Shown in pieces: positions 45,270-61,987 of a stretch of 64,000 nucleotides of DNA. The stretch is from Emiliania huxleyi CCMP1516 (lineage: Eukaryota). The position numbers and the translations under genes were made by a program. The DNA lies in the NCBI RefSeq assembly GCF_000372725.1, contig NW_005201259.1, positions 159,015 through 223,014 of the forward strand, in the 5' to 3' direction. The notes under the pieces are model-generated. The model searched no databases. It was not told where the DNA came from and was given only the letters and a program-made list of their open reading frames with translations. Numbering within the stretch: the stretch's first letter is position 1; each line of letters starts with the position of its first letter.

Positions 45270-47023
45270 CTAGCTGCCGGGACGTGGGGCGAGGGGCGAG
45301 GGCGCCGGCGGCGCTGAAGGGCTGTACCACTTTGCATAAGGCGGTACATGCCCGCAGTTGAGAAACCAGCTCTCAGAGCAGTTGCAAGGGATGTCCGCGT
45401 TCCATCCGGTACGCAACACCGGCGCCGGCTCACCGCCGTAGAAGTGGCCTGGCGGGCCCGACCATTGCCCTTCGGCCGGCGGGCAGGCGTGAGGCAATGG
45501 AGAGCTGCGAACCATGCATTCGCGGTGCACGGCGACGATCTCCGAGCGTGGCGCGCCTGAGGATCCAGGGTGCGCCTCGATCGCACTGGTCGGCCGTCCG
45601 GGCCGAGGTGCATGGCCGACTCTGTGCTCAGGGGTGCACGTCTGGGGTGTGGGCTGACTTGCGGCGCACCCCGCTCGGCCTGCTTCGGGTACACCTTGTA
45701 CGACTGAGGAAGTACTAGCGAGTCGTAGCCGCCCTTTGCCGTCTCGCGGGCGTACAAGCAGTCCGTCGGCATGTCCAAGACGCCGGGAAGTCCACGCTCG
45801 AGCTCAACTCTGTTGGTGAACCAAAGCCCGTTGTCGACGCGGAGGAAGATGCCCGAGCCGATTGCGCCCGAAAACCAGCAGCCATAGTCCATGCCCTCGG
45901 CTGCACCGAGCGCAGGGTCCGAGACGTAATCCTCAGGATCGAACAGGTTGTCGCCTGCGGTTGTGGCATAGGCGGGGTCCGTCCACCTCCCTGCCTCGTG
46001 AGCGTTTCACCATCCAAGGCGGCGCGCACCCTTACCGCAGACGCCACGAAAGGTGTCGCGGCTGTGACGCGAAACCTCGTACCACCGCCGCGGCGCGTTG
46101 GGCTCGCGCGGGCGGAGGGCCAGCGTCATCCCGCGAAAGCGCAACTCTACCCCCTCCGGCCAGTACGGCTCGGGCACCTGTGGACATATCCGAGCCGAGG
46201 AGCTCAAATGAATGCATTCGTTTCGACGTGGCACGCGGCGCTAGGTATGTCTGGAGAGCGGTGTGGCGGGGTGAGTCTCGAAAGTTGCGCCACTTCACCT
46301 CCCAGTCCAAGTGGTGCTGCCGGAGCCGCTCACTGCTTGGAACCTCGCGCTGCAGCCAGCGGTCGCACGTCGCCTGCTCGCAGGGTGGCCTCGTCTCGAA
46401 TTTGACGGCGCACTGCCTCGCGGGCAGCAAATGCAGGTAGAAGAAGCCGAACGTCTGCAGGTCGAGCGGGAGCGGGACGTCCGAATGGTAGACCGTTTTG
46501 AGGTAGTCATACCTGACACATGGCGCCCATCGAGGGTGAGCAGTGCGCAGCAGCGAGTCGTCGGCAGAACGTGGCCTCGCCAAGGCGACTCGCGACTGGT
46601 AACTTTTGGAAGTCGGAGGTGCCAACGCCGCAGCGCCGTCTGGTTGCACACGTCGAAGCAGTAGCATGAGGTTGGAGGCGGCGGGCTCTCAGGCTGAGCT
46701 TGAGGCTGCAGGAGGAGGAGCAGGAGGATGATCGCGGCAGCCGCAGCGCATGCCAACGGTATCGCTCTCCTCGACTCCGGAAGAGCGGGAGGAGACTCTG
46801 CTGCTACACCGCCAGGCAGTTTGGGAGCCTCTGCTCGTTCCTCAAGGGTCGCGTACCGCCCCGCAGCCCGCGCAGGCGGCCGCTTCGGCCTCGTTTGCCT
46901 AAATGCGCGCGTGCCGTCGCAGGACGGCGCGACAGGCAATGCGCGGGCAGCCCGAGTCCGAGTCGGCCGCGGATCGTCCGTATCGTCCGTAAACGTATCG
47001 TCCGTAAAGGACGTGCCCTTCAT
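45270..47023 (-). CDS. Type II membrane protein of unknown function, multi-exon
   Basis: TM IPLACAAAAAIILLLLLL; exons with YLKTVY, WYEVSR, YGCWF..AIGSGIF, AKGGYDSL, LRTGWNADIPCNC...LNC. Confidence 0.65.
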
Positions 47024-47079
47024 GGCGCGGTCCGCAAGCGCCCGCCGAAGTGGGTTTGGGGCAAAAGAGGGAAAAAAAC

Positions 47080-48386
47080 GGAAAGCGGCGAGTCGCAATT
47101 CCTGGGGTCCTTGTGGCGGGCCACCCTGTGATGTCACAGGCAGATCTTGGTTAGCCGAACAAATTTCCCGCCGCACCCCAACTTGGATCTCCTCGCCTCG
47201 CCCTCCCGACGCCTAGCCGCTCGCCTGCCGCTCGCTCGCACGTTCGCGCTCGACCTTCTACCTCCTCGTGATCAACCCGCCGCCACCCTCACCCCCCGCC
47301 GCCTAGCCGCTCGCTCGCCGTTCGCTCCCCCGCTCGCGCCAGACCTTCTACCTCCTCGTGATCCACCCGCCACCACCCTCGCCTCGCCCTCCCGCCACCT
47401 AGCCGCTCGCTCGCTCCTATCCGTGCCACGCCTATCCGTGAGCCTGCCGTTACCGCGCCGTCCTTGCTCCTCCCTGCCGTGCCGCTCCTTCCTCCGTGCC
47501 GCGCCGCCCTTGCCGTTTAGCCCGCCGCCCCCCCTGCCGTCCGTTACCGCCGTGCCGCCGTACCGCCCACGCCGCCGCCGCCCTCCACCCCCTCCACACC
47601 GCCGCCACCGCTGCTCACGCCGCCGCCGCCCTCCACCTCGCCCACGCCGCCGCTACCCTCCACCTTCTTCCCACCGCCGCCGCCGCCGCTCACGCCTCCA
47701 CCGCCTTCCATCTCACCCACACCTCCGCCGCCCTCCACCTCTCCCATGCCGCCCCCCCGCCCTCCACCTCGCCCACCCCTTTGCCACCACCCTCTCCTTC
47801 GCCGCCCCTCGCCCCCACCGTCCTCCACCTCCACCCCTCGCCCTCCCCCCCGCCCTACCGAACCACCCGCCGCCCGCCCATCCCGACTTCCGCCCTCCCG
47901 CCGCCCTCCCCCCTTTCTGCCCCTCCGCCTTCGCCATCCCCCATCTGTGCATTCCACTCCGTTCGCTCCCTCCCGCTTGGCGCCCATCCCGCCCTCAGCC
48001 CTCGCCCTCCGCCCCTGCCCTGGCTGGCCTGGGTGGCATCTCCGCATCATCACGCGCCAAGCGGGAGAGGGAAGTGGACGGGGCCCTGAGCCGACCTAGC
48101 CCCAGCCGGAACGGGGCGCCCAACACGTGCCCGGATTACTGTGCCTTCCCCGGGTGCAGCCTTTCGGTTCGTGAAGGCTGAAGGGTCGGTGCGTGTCGTG
48201 ACCCCCTGGAACACCCGTACCCCCGCACCATCTCCGTCGCTTGGTTCCATAACCTCTGCCACAACCGGGAGCGGCCAGGACTCATAGTACATAGACTCGG
48301 TCGAGAGACCCCAGATTGGCATCCATGCCTCTCTGGACAGGGTGGCCCGCCACAAGGACCCCAGGAATTGCGACTCGCCGCTTTCC
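47080..48386. repeat. Perfect ~50-bp inverted repeat pair bracketing a divergent intergenic region
   Basis: ggaaagcggcgagtcgcaattcctggggtccttgtggcgggccaccctgt (47080-47129) and its reverse complement ending at 48386. Confidence 0.85.
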
Positions 48387-48503
48387 TCCCGCTGTGATTC
48401 TGTGTGAGCTCTGTGTCTTGATTTGCCACCAATACACCTTTCGCCTAAAGAAAAGAAAGCTGTGCGCCGGCGCGCCTTCGACGAGTGCACACTGCGCACA
48501 CAC

Positions 48504-52679
<4,176 letters not shown>

Positions 52680-53463
52680 CCACCGACAGTCCGACAGCTT
52701 TGCGCTCGTCCGTACGCCCGACGCTTCCCGAGCCCGCGGCTTGTTGCTCAGCGCCCCCATGATTGCCATGAATAGTAGAAAATTGTGCGGCTGCGAGATG
52801 TCCGTTTTCATGTAAACGGTACCGCCTTTTGCGCGTTGCGCCCCGGCCCGGCCGGCCAATAAAAAGCGGCGATATCTGATCTATCTCTATATATGCGAGT
52901 TGCAACACGACACACCAGTGTTGCAACTCGCGCACCGCAGCCGCGCGAAAACGAAAATCGTAAAAACACTTTAACGGGAAACGGGAACCCGAGAGACACA
53001 ACCCGAGCTCGGGGGAAGTGGTGGGGAGACGGGATACGGATAGACGAGCAGATATACACAGCCGTCGGAGCCTCGGCTCTTGGTCTGTAATAGTCTTGCT
53101 CTCTTGCAGTTGCACCTTTTCCCTTCTCGCGCTTTTTTGCAGCGCCAGCGGGGTCGGGGGTGCGAAAACTGCGAGAATCAATTTTCACCGCCGCACGAGG
53201 CGCGCGCAAGTCGACGTCCCGCACGCGCCGGCGGCGCCGCACCAGACAGACCTTGAGTTTTTGATTAGCTTGAGACCAACGATAACGACGCGAAACGACG
53301 AAAACGATACGACGACGAAAAGAGTCGCGCATTGTGTTCGATCGATCGGCCCGCGCATGCGCCTTCCGTCACTCCCCGCCAACGTATTCTCTGCCGGGTG
53401 GCGGCGGCATCAGTGCTCGAGCTCCCGCCTCGGCGAGTCGCCCGGTCTCATCAGCAGATTTCG

Positions 53464-54870
53464 TCAGAAGATGCCGCGGCGGCGCGAGTGGCGGTCGTAC
53501 GCGACGTTGAACTTGTCGATGAGCTCGTTGGTCAGCGCCGCGCCCTGCGCGAGGCGGGGACGGCGCGTTGCGGCTGCTATCTCTCTTCCTCTCTCTCCTG
53601 TCTCTCTGTGTATCCCCCCCCCCCCCCCCAGCCCCCCGCCTCGCCTGCGTGATGACGGCGAGCTGCGTCACGAGCAGCGAGTTGTTGTGGTCTTGCACAA
53701 ACTCGGCGCGGAACGCGTCCGAGTCGAGCGCGGGCAGCCGCGCGCAGAGCGCCTTGACCTGCCGCAAGAGCGCGTGGTCGAAGGGGACGGTGCCTGCCTG
53801 GACGGCGGCGACGTAGCGCGAGATGATCTCGATCCGCTCGGTGAGCATGTTGATCGCCGTGTGCATCCCGTTGAGGTGCTGCGAGAAGGCGGAGGGGCTG
53901 GGGCTGGGGGGAGGGGGGGGGGGGGGGGCGAGGGGCGAGGGGCGAAGCGTGCCTGCGAGAAGGCGGAGGCGGAGGACGACTCGCCCGACGGCAGGATGTG
54001 TGCGACGTGGTCGACGGCGATGCGCTCCGACTCGATGGAGTCGACCTGGCATCCATCAGCTCGGATCAACTAATTAGCAGCGCGGCGGTGCGCTCCCGAC
54101 TCGATGGGAGTCCTTGTAGCCGAGGCGCGCGAAGCGCGGGGTCGGCGTCTCGCCGACGAGGACAACCTCCGACTCGAAGATGCCGATCGGCAGGTCGCCG
54201 GTGCCGCCGCCGCCGCCGACCAGCCCGGACGGGTCGAGGGCGAGGTAGAGCAGCGCCTCGTTGAGCTCGCAGAGTTGCTGGTGCACGGCGATGTCGCTCT
54301 CGTCGGGCTGCGGAGGGGCTTTAGGCGCGTCGGCGGGCGCGCCGGCGGTAGGGCCAGCGGTGATTGCGGCCAAGAGGCGTGAGCAGCCATCTCGGCCGCT
54401 GAGGCGCTGAGGCGCTGAGGACGAAGGACGGGGGAGGCATCTCGGAGGCGCGACTCTCGCACCGCGGGCGCAGTGGAGGTCGAGTACCAGCCGAGCATGT
54501 CGAGGCTGGGGAAGGTCTTCTTGTACTGCTCCAGCCGCGTGCGCAGGTAGTCCATGTCGATCGCCGCGCTTCCGCTGCTGCCCGCCGCCGCCACCTTGAG
54601 CTCGAACGAGTTGGCGAGCTCCACGCGCCGGCCAGCCTGCCACAGCGGCGCGCGGCGGTGGCGAGCGCGCCGCGCGCGGCGCGGGCGGAGGGCATGGGTT
54701 TCTTGGAGGGAGGCGCAGGGCTGGTGGGGGACGGGCACTGCCGCCTGCGTCCCGAGGACGGCGCCAAAGACGCGAGGCGGCGCAGCCGCGGCGTCGGCGT
54801 TGGCACGCACGCGAGTGAGGTGGTCCGAGATGTTGATGACCACGAGGGGATGCAGCGTCACATTCTCCAT
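53464..54870 (-). CDS. CSN6: COP9 signalosome subunit 6, multi-exon
   Basis: VTLHPLVVINISDHLTR, FGAVLGTQ|AGRRVELANSFEL, EQYKKTF..LGWYST, ESERIAVDHVA, HTAINML..RI, LLRQVKALCARLP, NELIDKFNVAY. Confidence 0.93.
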
Positions 54871-55377
54871 CTTGGAGCTTGGCGACTCACTTGGGCTCTT
54901 GTCCTCTCCCGCCTGTCTGCTAGAGCCGCAGCCGCCCAGCCGCTCGGTGTGAAGGCTTCTAGGCTTGCGGGTAGTCTCCCCCCATCCCCAGGGCCTCCAG
55001 GGCTCGCACCTCAACCTCTCACAGACCAGCGCATAGCGCCATAGGACGTATTTTCTTCTCATAACAAGGCCGTGAACAGAGTTCGTGCACGAGATCCCTC
55101 GAGAGTTCACGCGGAGTCGGCTGGGGCGGCTAGACAGCTCTCCCGCGCTGGGTGGAGAAGCGGAAGAGAATTCTTCCTGCCCTTCTGACGCAACCAACAC
55201 CGGCAACCAGAAAGGGTAAACAAAAAGTGATTACGCTTCGGCGGTGGTGCACTAACCTCCGAGAAACCCTTCGGGTCGCAAACCCCGTCAGCAGTCCTCC
55301 TCCGAGAGACTACGAGTAAAAAAGAAAAATCCGCGGCCGCGAAAAATGGCAGCCAGGTCACGTCCAGGAGTCCAGGG

Positions 55378-57548
55378 ATGCGCTCCAGAACGGTAGGTCT
55401 GCTTGCCCTATCCGTCCTCTGCCTATTATGGGTCAACACGCGCGTCATGCTGCCCGCCTCCGCCTCGCCAAGCGGGAGTGCTCCGCTGCGAGAGCCGCCG
55501 CCGCTCGACGGAGAGCTTGAGCCAGCGCTGGCGCGGGCGGCACCGGGCGGGCCGGGAGGGCTGGTGGTGCTGACCTTCGGCGATAAGGGCTACTTTGCCG
55601 CGCTCAGCAACTTTGTCGCCCACGCGCGTGCCGCGGGTGTGCCGTATCTCGTCGGCGCCGTCGACGCTGACGCGTTTCGAGAGCTCACGTTGCACGGAGC
55701 AACTGCATACCTGACGCCGCTAGCGCGCGACGCGGCGTACGCGTTCAATCCGTCCAACAGTCACGACTCCAACTCGTGGGTCCGCTTCGCGCGCATGAGG
55801 ACCGGCGAGGTTGCGAGGACCGTGCGGCGAGATGCGCGAGACTGCGACCACCGCACGAGACCGCCGCCGCACGAGCCTTGCAGCGTCTCTCCACCGCCGC
55901 CGCCCGCGTGCGCGATGTGCTCACGCCGTGCGATGCGCGCCGCGCAGGATCGTGCGGCTCGGGTACGCGGTCATGCACTCCGACACGGACGTGGCCTGGC
56001 TGCGTGACCCGTCCCCGTTCCTGCTCTGCCGCGACGCCGCGAGCGACGCCGCCGGTGGGGGCGCTGCGGGAGCCCGCTGCAGCGCGCTGCGCGAGGCGGA
56101 CGTGGCGGTCTCGTCGGACAACATGTCGCCTGGCGAGGACCTGCGCATCGGCGCCGCGTATGCCGCCGGAGGCGCACTCGTCGCCGGCTCTCTGTGCGCC
56201 TCTGCACGAACCTGCCGTGACCGTCTCACGAGCCTTCCGACAGGCACACTCAACACCGGCCTGCTCTTTGTGCGGCCAACCGCCGCCGGAACCGCCTTTG
56301 CCACCCGCTGGCACGAGACGGTCTCGAGCCCGCCGCCGGGCAAGCGATTCGCTCCTCCCGGCTGCTGCACGTCGGACCAGCAGGTGTTTGGGCGGATGGT
56401 GCGCGTGGGAGGAGGCTACCCTGGGCTCGCGCCGCCGGCGGGCGCGCCGACAGGCGGCAGGCTGCTCCGCGCGGACGGCAACCTGACGCTGGGCTCGCTG
56501 CCCCTCGCCCTCTTCATGAACGGGCACAGCTACTTTGTGCAGCGAGCGCACGAGCGGCTCGGCGTCGCTCCGTTTGCGGTGCACGCCACGTACACGCTCG
56601 ACACCCACGAGGGCGGCGCAAAGGCGTGCCGCGCGCCCGTGCTGCCGCCTCCCAGCTCGCGGCGTGGCGTCTCATCTCCTCCGCCCCGCCGCACAGGCAC
56701 AGAGGTTCCGCGAGGCTGGCTTGTGGCGCGCTGACCCGCCGCCGCCGCAGGGCGAGCGCTTCTTGGCGTACAACTTCTCCGAGCCGCCCGAGGTGGCGGC
56801 GCGCCGAGCGGAGTACGCGCGGCGCGGGCTGTCCGCGGCCAACGTCGACGTGCACCTCTCCGCCCTGGAGGCGTACGTCGCAGAGCTGCGCGACGCGCTC
56901 GCGCTCGCGCGCGCGCTCGGCCGCACGCTGCTGCTGCCCCGATGGACTTGCTGGTGCGACCGGATGTGGGCCGGCTCGGACGACATCTTCCGCTTTGGCT
57001 GCATGTACCCGGGCGCGCAGGACGGCAACTTCGTCCCCTTCCCCTGCCCGATGGACCACATTCTCTCGCCCGCCGCGTGGGCCAAGGCTGGCGTCGGCCA
57101 CCGCGACGCCGCCTTCCTCGACACGCTGGCCGAGCGCGGGGTGAGGCCGGTCGAGGTGCTGCTGCTGCCGCGCGCGCAGCACCGGGCGCTGCTCGCCCGG
57201 CCGCGCGTCGCCCTGCTCGACGCGCTGCCGCTCGGCACCTCCGACGGCGAGGCGGCGAAGCTGCTCGCGCACCTGCGGGCGGCGCCCCTCCTCCGGCTGC
57301 AGCACGCGCGCGGCTTGCTCTGCGCGCTCGACGCGCCGCAGCCCTTCAACGATCTCGCGGCGACCCTGCTCCGCGCCCCGGCCTGGTGCTCACGCTGCTC
57401 GCAGCCGTGCGAGGAGCAGCTAGCGCCGTGGCTACCCGCGGAGAGGGTGCGCGCTGCGCGCCCGGCGCCGGCCGAGCAGCACGCCGTCTGCTTCCAGCCG
57501 CCGCTGCCCGCGCCTCTGCGAAGCGACGGCTGCGCCGGCCGGTCGTAG
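55378..57548 (+). CDS. GT77 nucleotide-diphospho-sugar transferase, XEG113-like arabinosyltransferase, multi-exon
   Basis: Type II anchor; SDTDVAWLRDP (DxD), LNTGLLF, DQQVF, LFMNGHSYFVQ, AVHATY, RFREAGLW, ALALARALGRTLLLP..CWCDR.W, CPMDH. Confidence 0.85.
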
Positions 57549-58166
57549 CAAAGTGTTTCGTTCCGCCTCGGCCTTCACGGGCGTGGAAGGTGGCGGTGCG
57601 CACCGCGCGAGAGGGTTGCCACGCCGGAGGTGCAGGTGGAGCCTGAGACGTGAGACGGCTCTCGACGACGACGTCTCGTCTGCCTGGCATGGTGACTCTG
57701 ACTGCGTGACAGCTGCGCCGTGTGCGGACACACTCTCGTCGTGTGAGACCCTGTGGCGTGTGAGGTGTGTGTGGGGACGTCTCGATCGTCGTGGGACGCG
57801 TGTCTCTAGGGCATGTGGTGAGTACCGAAGTGGAAGTCTACAGAGCTGGTGGGCGGGCGCGGCGCGTGGTCCACTCCAAAAAAGTGGACCTCGAGTCTCG
57901 AGTTTCACCCCAGATCCCAAGCTGGGTGGCGCCGGTATACAAGATTGCTTCTCACACAGTCACAGAGTGTGAATTTCGGGCCGCGCAGCAACAGACATAT
58001 CGACCGCCGTCACAACGTCTCACAGCGTCGCAGGCGCGGCCGGAGTACGTTGTGCCGGCGGCCGCTGCGCGGGGCTCCATGGTGTGCGGAGAGAGGCAAC
58101 ACGCCCCTCTCCGAGCAACCACCAGAGCGCCCGGAACCTTCCCCTGACCATGTCCCGTGTAGAAGA

Positions 58167-58217
58167 GGCAACCAGGTTGCCTCTGGCAACCAGGTTGCCT
58201 CTGGCAACCAGGTTGCC
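58167..58217. repeat. Three tandem 18-bp palindromic units
   Basis: ggcaacc-a-ggttgcc(tct) x3. Confidence 0.85.
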
Positions 58218-58447
58218 AGCCGCAGATGCAGCTCAGCACCGCCGCGAAAGAATGGGCGTGGAGCGAGAGGCGGGCCGGCCGGCACCCTCACGCCCCCGGC
58301 AGCGCGGCGAGGAGGGGCGACTCGCACTCGCCGTCCTTGGGGGGAGGGGAGAGAGAGGGGGTGGAGGCGGCGTGAGGGTGCGTGCGCCAGGGCGGGGAAG
58401 GCCTTGGGGAGGCGCGCGTGCTATGCAGCGGCTGCAATCTCGTCGTG

Positions 58448-59069
58448 CTAGCGGCCCGCCGGCAGCGCTGGCAGCGGCTCTGTTGAGCGGCGCGGCTTGT
58501 CGACCCTCGGCGCGGGAGCGCAGACGGACCGGCCTGCGGGAGCGCTCGGCGGGCGGCGGCTGGCCGCCGTCCCGGCCGCGGGCTGTCGGCCCGGAGCCGC
58601 GGTGTGCCGAGCCGGAGCCTTGTTTGACGGCGGCACCCTCGAGAGAGCGGCGCGGGGTGGGGCGGAGGGCGGCAGGCGGCTGCTGGGGCGGCACTCGGCG
58701 GGACGCATCCCACACCGCCGCGACTTGCTCTTGTGGTGCTCGAGATCGTCCGCCTTCCGCTCGTCCTCGCTCAGCAGACCGTTCTGTGCGGGCGCGGGCG
58801 GCGCGTGAGAGGACGAGGCGCGGGAGGGTTGGTGGCAGAGCACTGCTGTTGGTGGCGATGTCGGCGCGCGGCGGGGGTGGGTGGGGGGGAGGGGGGGGGG
58901 GGGGGGGGCGACCGCAGGGGCGCTGGACCTGCTTGCGCCAAAGGCGGAGCTCGCCGGGCGACGCGCCGATGGGCGGTTGCAGCTGCTTCTTCGCCGCCAC
59001 CTTGGACAGCTTGGAGACGTAAGCGAGGTCCGTCGTCGACGTGAACCCAGCGGCCAGCGAGATCGACAT
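58448..59069 (-). CDS. Low-complexity hypothetical protein, multi-exon
   Basis: MSISLAAGFTSTTDLAYVSKLSKV... and NGLLSEDERKADDLEHHK exon-like segments separated by poly-C intron-like DNA; 3' end uncertain. Confidence 0.35.
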
Positions 59070-59557
59070 CTGCCCAGCCTATGCGCGGCAGATGCGAGCT
59101 GTGCACGGGCTCTGGATTCGAGGCGGGGTAAGATGGTGAGGACCAGGGTGCTGCTCTGCCGCTCCTGAGGGCGAGGAGAGGAGCGGTTAAACGTCCCGCT
59201 AATTCTTTTTTTCCTTGTCGACACGTCTTGTAAAAGACACCACGAGAGCATGCTCGACGGAGCGACAACAATGCTGGGAATTCTTTTTTCCGGTGCCCAC
59301 ACGTCTTCTGAAATTCGCAGTTATAGAGCGACAGCGCAGCGCACTGCCCTCTGCCGTCCGCCGACCGAACGAAGGAGGGAGAGCTGCGCATCATCGCAAC
59401 TCGCATCTCCATCTGGACACTGGTAAAGTCACTGTAGTCTTGGCTAGTTACGTTTCACAGCCTTGTTATTGAGAAGGAAATACGTCCTATGGCGCTGTGC
59501 GCTGGTCTGTGACACAGTGACTGACTGTGTGTGAGAGGTTGAGGTGCGAGCCCTGGA

Positions 59558-60102
59558 GTGAGTCTTTCGGTAAGCGCGGGTTAGCGCGGGTTAGTGCTCA
59601 CTAACCCGGCACGGGTCAGCACGGGTCAGAATGGGTTACCATAACCCGGCACTAACCCGGCACTAACCCGGCACTAACCCGGCACTATAAACCCGTACGG
59701 CTGGGGGGCATACGTCAGCATGGGTTTACGCCGGGTTAGGGGTGGGTTAGGGCCGGGTTAGTGCAGTGCACCCCGGGTTAGAGCTGGTTGGCGAGATGAA
59801 ACGGCTGCGGCGGGCACCCGAGCCGACCTCCGCTGCAGTGGCAGTGCGGGCTGCAGGGGGCCCGGCCCTCAACGTGTGCCAGTGATGGCCCTAGGGAGGA
59901 GGAGTGCGCTGAGGGCGGTACATTATAGATCCTGTGGCATGAGACTGTCCCGCTCGCCATGCGCCCGCGGCTGTGGAGTGGCGAGTGAGTGAACGCACGA
60001 GAGAGGGGTGGAACGAGCCGTAACCCAATCCCAAGCCTAACCCAGACTAACCCGAGACTAACCCGAGACTAACCCGGCGCTAACCCGCGCCGCACGGCTC
60101 TT
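59558..60102. mobile_element. Degenerate TIR element with GGGTTAG/CTAACCC arrays
   Basis: gcgcgggttagcgc / gcgctaacccgcgc inverted ends; many ctaacccg motifs; abuts the truncated dispersed repeat at 59558. Confidence 0.65.
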
Positions 60103-60690
60103 CTGTGTGCCGGCACAGAGCTCCGTGCAAGCCTTCCAGCGTGATAGGAACGAGTGTATCGCTGCGACGGATCGACCGTGCTTGTTATCAAGACCGATGT
60201 GACGCACACAGTGACACATCAGACGACACATATTCTCCCACCCGCCGGGACGCAAAACGCTCTCGACGAGAGCCAGAAGAAGGCGTCCACACAGCAAGCC
60301 GCTCGGTCGATCACGTTGCTCGCTCGATGCCGGCGAGCGCATGGCGCACGCCTTGGACGGTGGCGAAGCCAAAAACACCGATGGTGGCCGTACGCTGGCG
60401 TGAGCGGCGGCGGTCCCTCACCATTCGCGCCGACGACCCAACCTCACGCGGAACAACCCACATGCCAACCCGTGCCAACAACCCAACCCAACCAACCCAA
60501 AAAGCACGATTGTGAAGTTGGGCCCTCGGGCTGGGCAGGGTCCACCCACACGACAGGGTCCCAGGGATTCCTCTCTCGTATAGGACGGGTTGCATCCGGC
60601 GGCACGGCGGGGGGGGCAGCTGTTCTGGTTCGCTCTTCCAACATCGCCCCCTATACCAGGGTACTGTACCGGCTCGCCCACTCTGCAACG

Positions 60691-61987
60691 ATGCTCGGTG
60701 GTGGCAGCTCCGACTCCGAGAGCGTCATGAGCCAAGCGAGCGACCAGCGGCCGCCGCGCACGCCCCGCTCCATGCCTCACCTCGGCCGGATCCACTGGCC
60801 AGACATTGGCCATGCCGGTGACCTCTGCAAAGGGCACGGCGGCTTCAGGCGTGAGCACGTGCGCCGCCGGTCAACGGGCAGGGAGGAGGACTCGTCCCCA
60901 GCGTGCGGCCAGCCGCCATTCAGCGTGCCCGCAGACTCTGGCTGGAGCGCTGTGCCGTCCGCTGCGCCGGCGAACGCCTCCGCGGCCACCACTGCCGCGA
61001 GGCAGCGCCGCTTTCAGGTGGCTCCTCGCGACGCGGAGCTCGTCAACCGGCAGGGCTCCCTGGTCAGCCGCGCACCCGGCATACCGCCGCTCGAGACCCA
61101 GCGCCGCCACTTTCGCATGGCTCCGTCCCGGCCGCCGGGCGCCGTCGCCGCGTCTCGGGTCTCCTCGCAAGGTTGACGAGGGGATGCGGGGAGGGGGGGA
61201 GGTGCGCGGTCGCCGCGCACACGTCCTCGGCACCCGGTAGGCTCCTGCGAGGCGCGTTCGCCGTCGCGCCCTCCTCTGCTCATCAGCAGTGAGCAGCTGC
61301 CGCCAAAGGCGGCCGGCAAGCCGCAAGGCCTCTTCAGGCGGAGAGCGTGTGAACAGGCGGCAGCGGCCTCGCCGGCGAGGCTCTGTCCACGCCGGCGCCG
61401 CCCCGCACGCGACACCGTCCCTCCTCTGACCGCCTCGCGCCCCTGACACCGTCCCGCCGTGAGCAGTCGGCCGAGGAGGAGCGGCTGGTGCCGGTGCACG
61501 AGGCGGCGCAGGCGCAGACGGCGCTGCTGAGCGCGCTCACCTCTCCGGGCCCGCCGGCGGCGCTGCCGGATAATGCCTCTCGGCGGACTGCCCCTTGCAG
61601 GCGCCTCTTCACACCTCTGAGGGCGGCGCCTCTTCACGCGTCTGCGCGCGCGTGAACAGGCGTGCGCTGCTGCTCACCGCCCTCGAGGCGCAGCGGGAGC
61701 TGCTCGCCGCCGACAACGCGTCGCTCCTCGACGCGAATCTCGTGCTGAGGTAGGGGCTGGCCCCGAGACGCTCCTGACCCACAGTTGCGTGTGTGGTGCT
61801 TCGGCGGGACGGGTACGAGAGCAATGTAGGGAGTGGCGTGGAGACCCCTAGCTTCCCGTGCCCCACTCTAGGCGGCACCTGCAGGTGGTGCGCGGCGGAG
61901 TCGCAACGTGAAGACGAGGCATCTACGAAATGCGGTTGCGAGGCTTCCGGTAGCCCTCCGGTCTATAGCCCTCCGGTCTATGCGTAG
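60691..61987 (+). CDS. Hypothetical multi-exon protein with short coiled coil
   Basis: MLGGGSSDSESVMSQ... exon and later ALLLTALEAQRELLAADNASLLDANLVLR; gene model uncertain. Confidence 0.3.

Noticed and set aside
58167..58217. Palindromic repeats resembling a CRISPR array
   Set aside because: No unique spacers; simple tandem 18-mer in a eukaryote.
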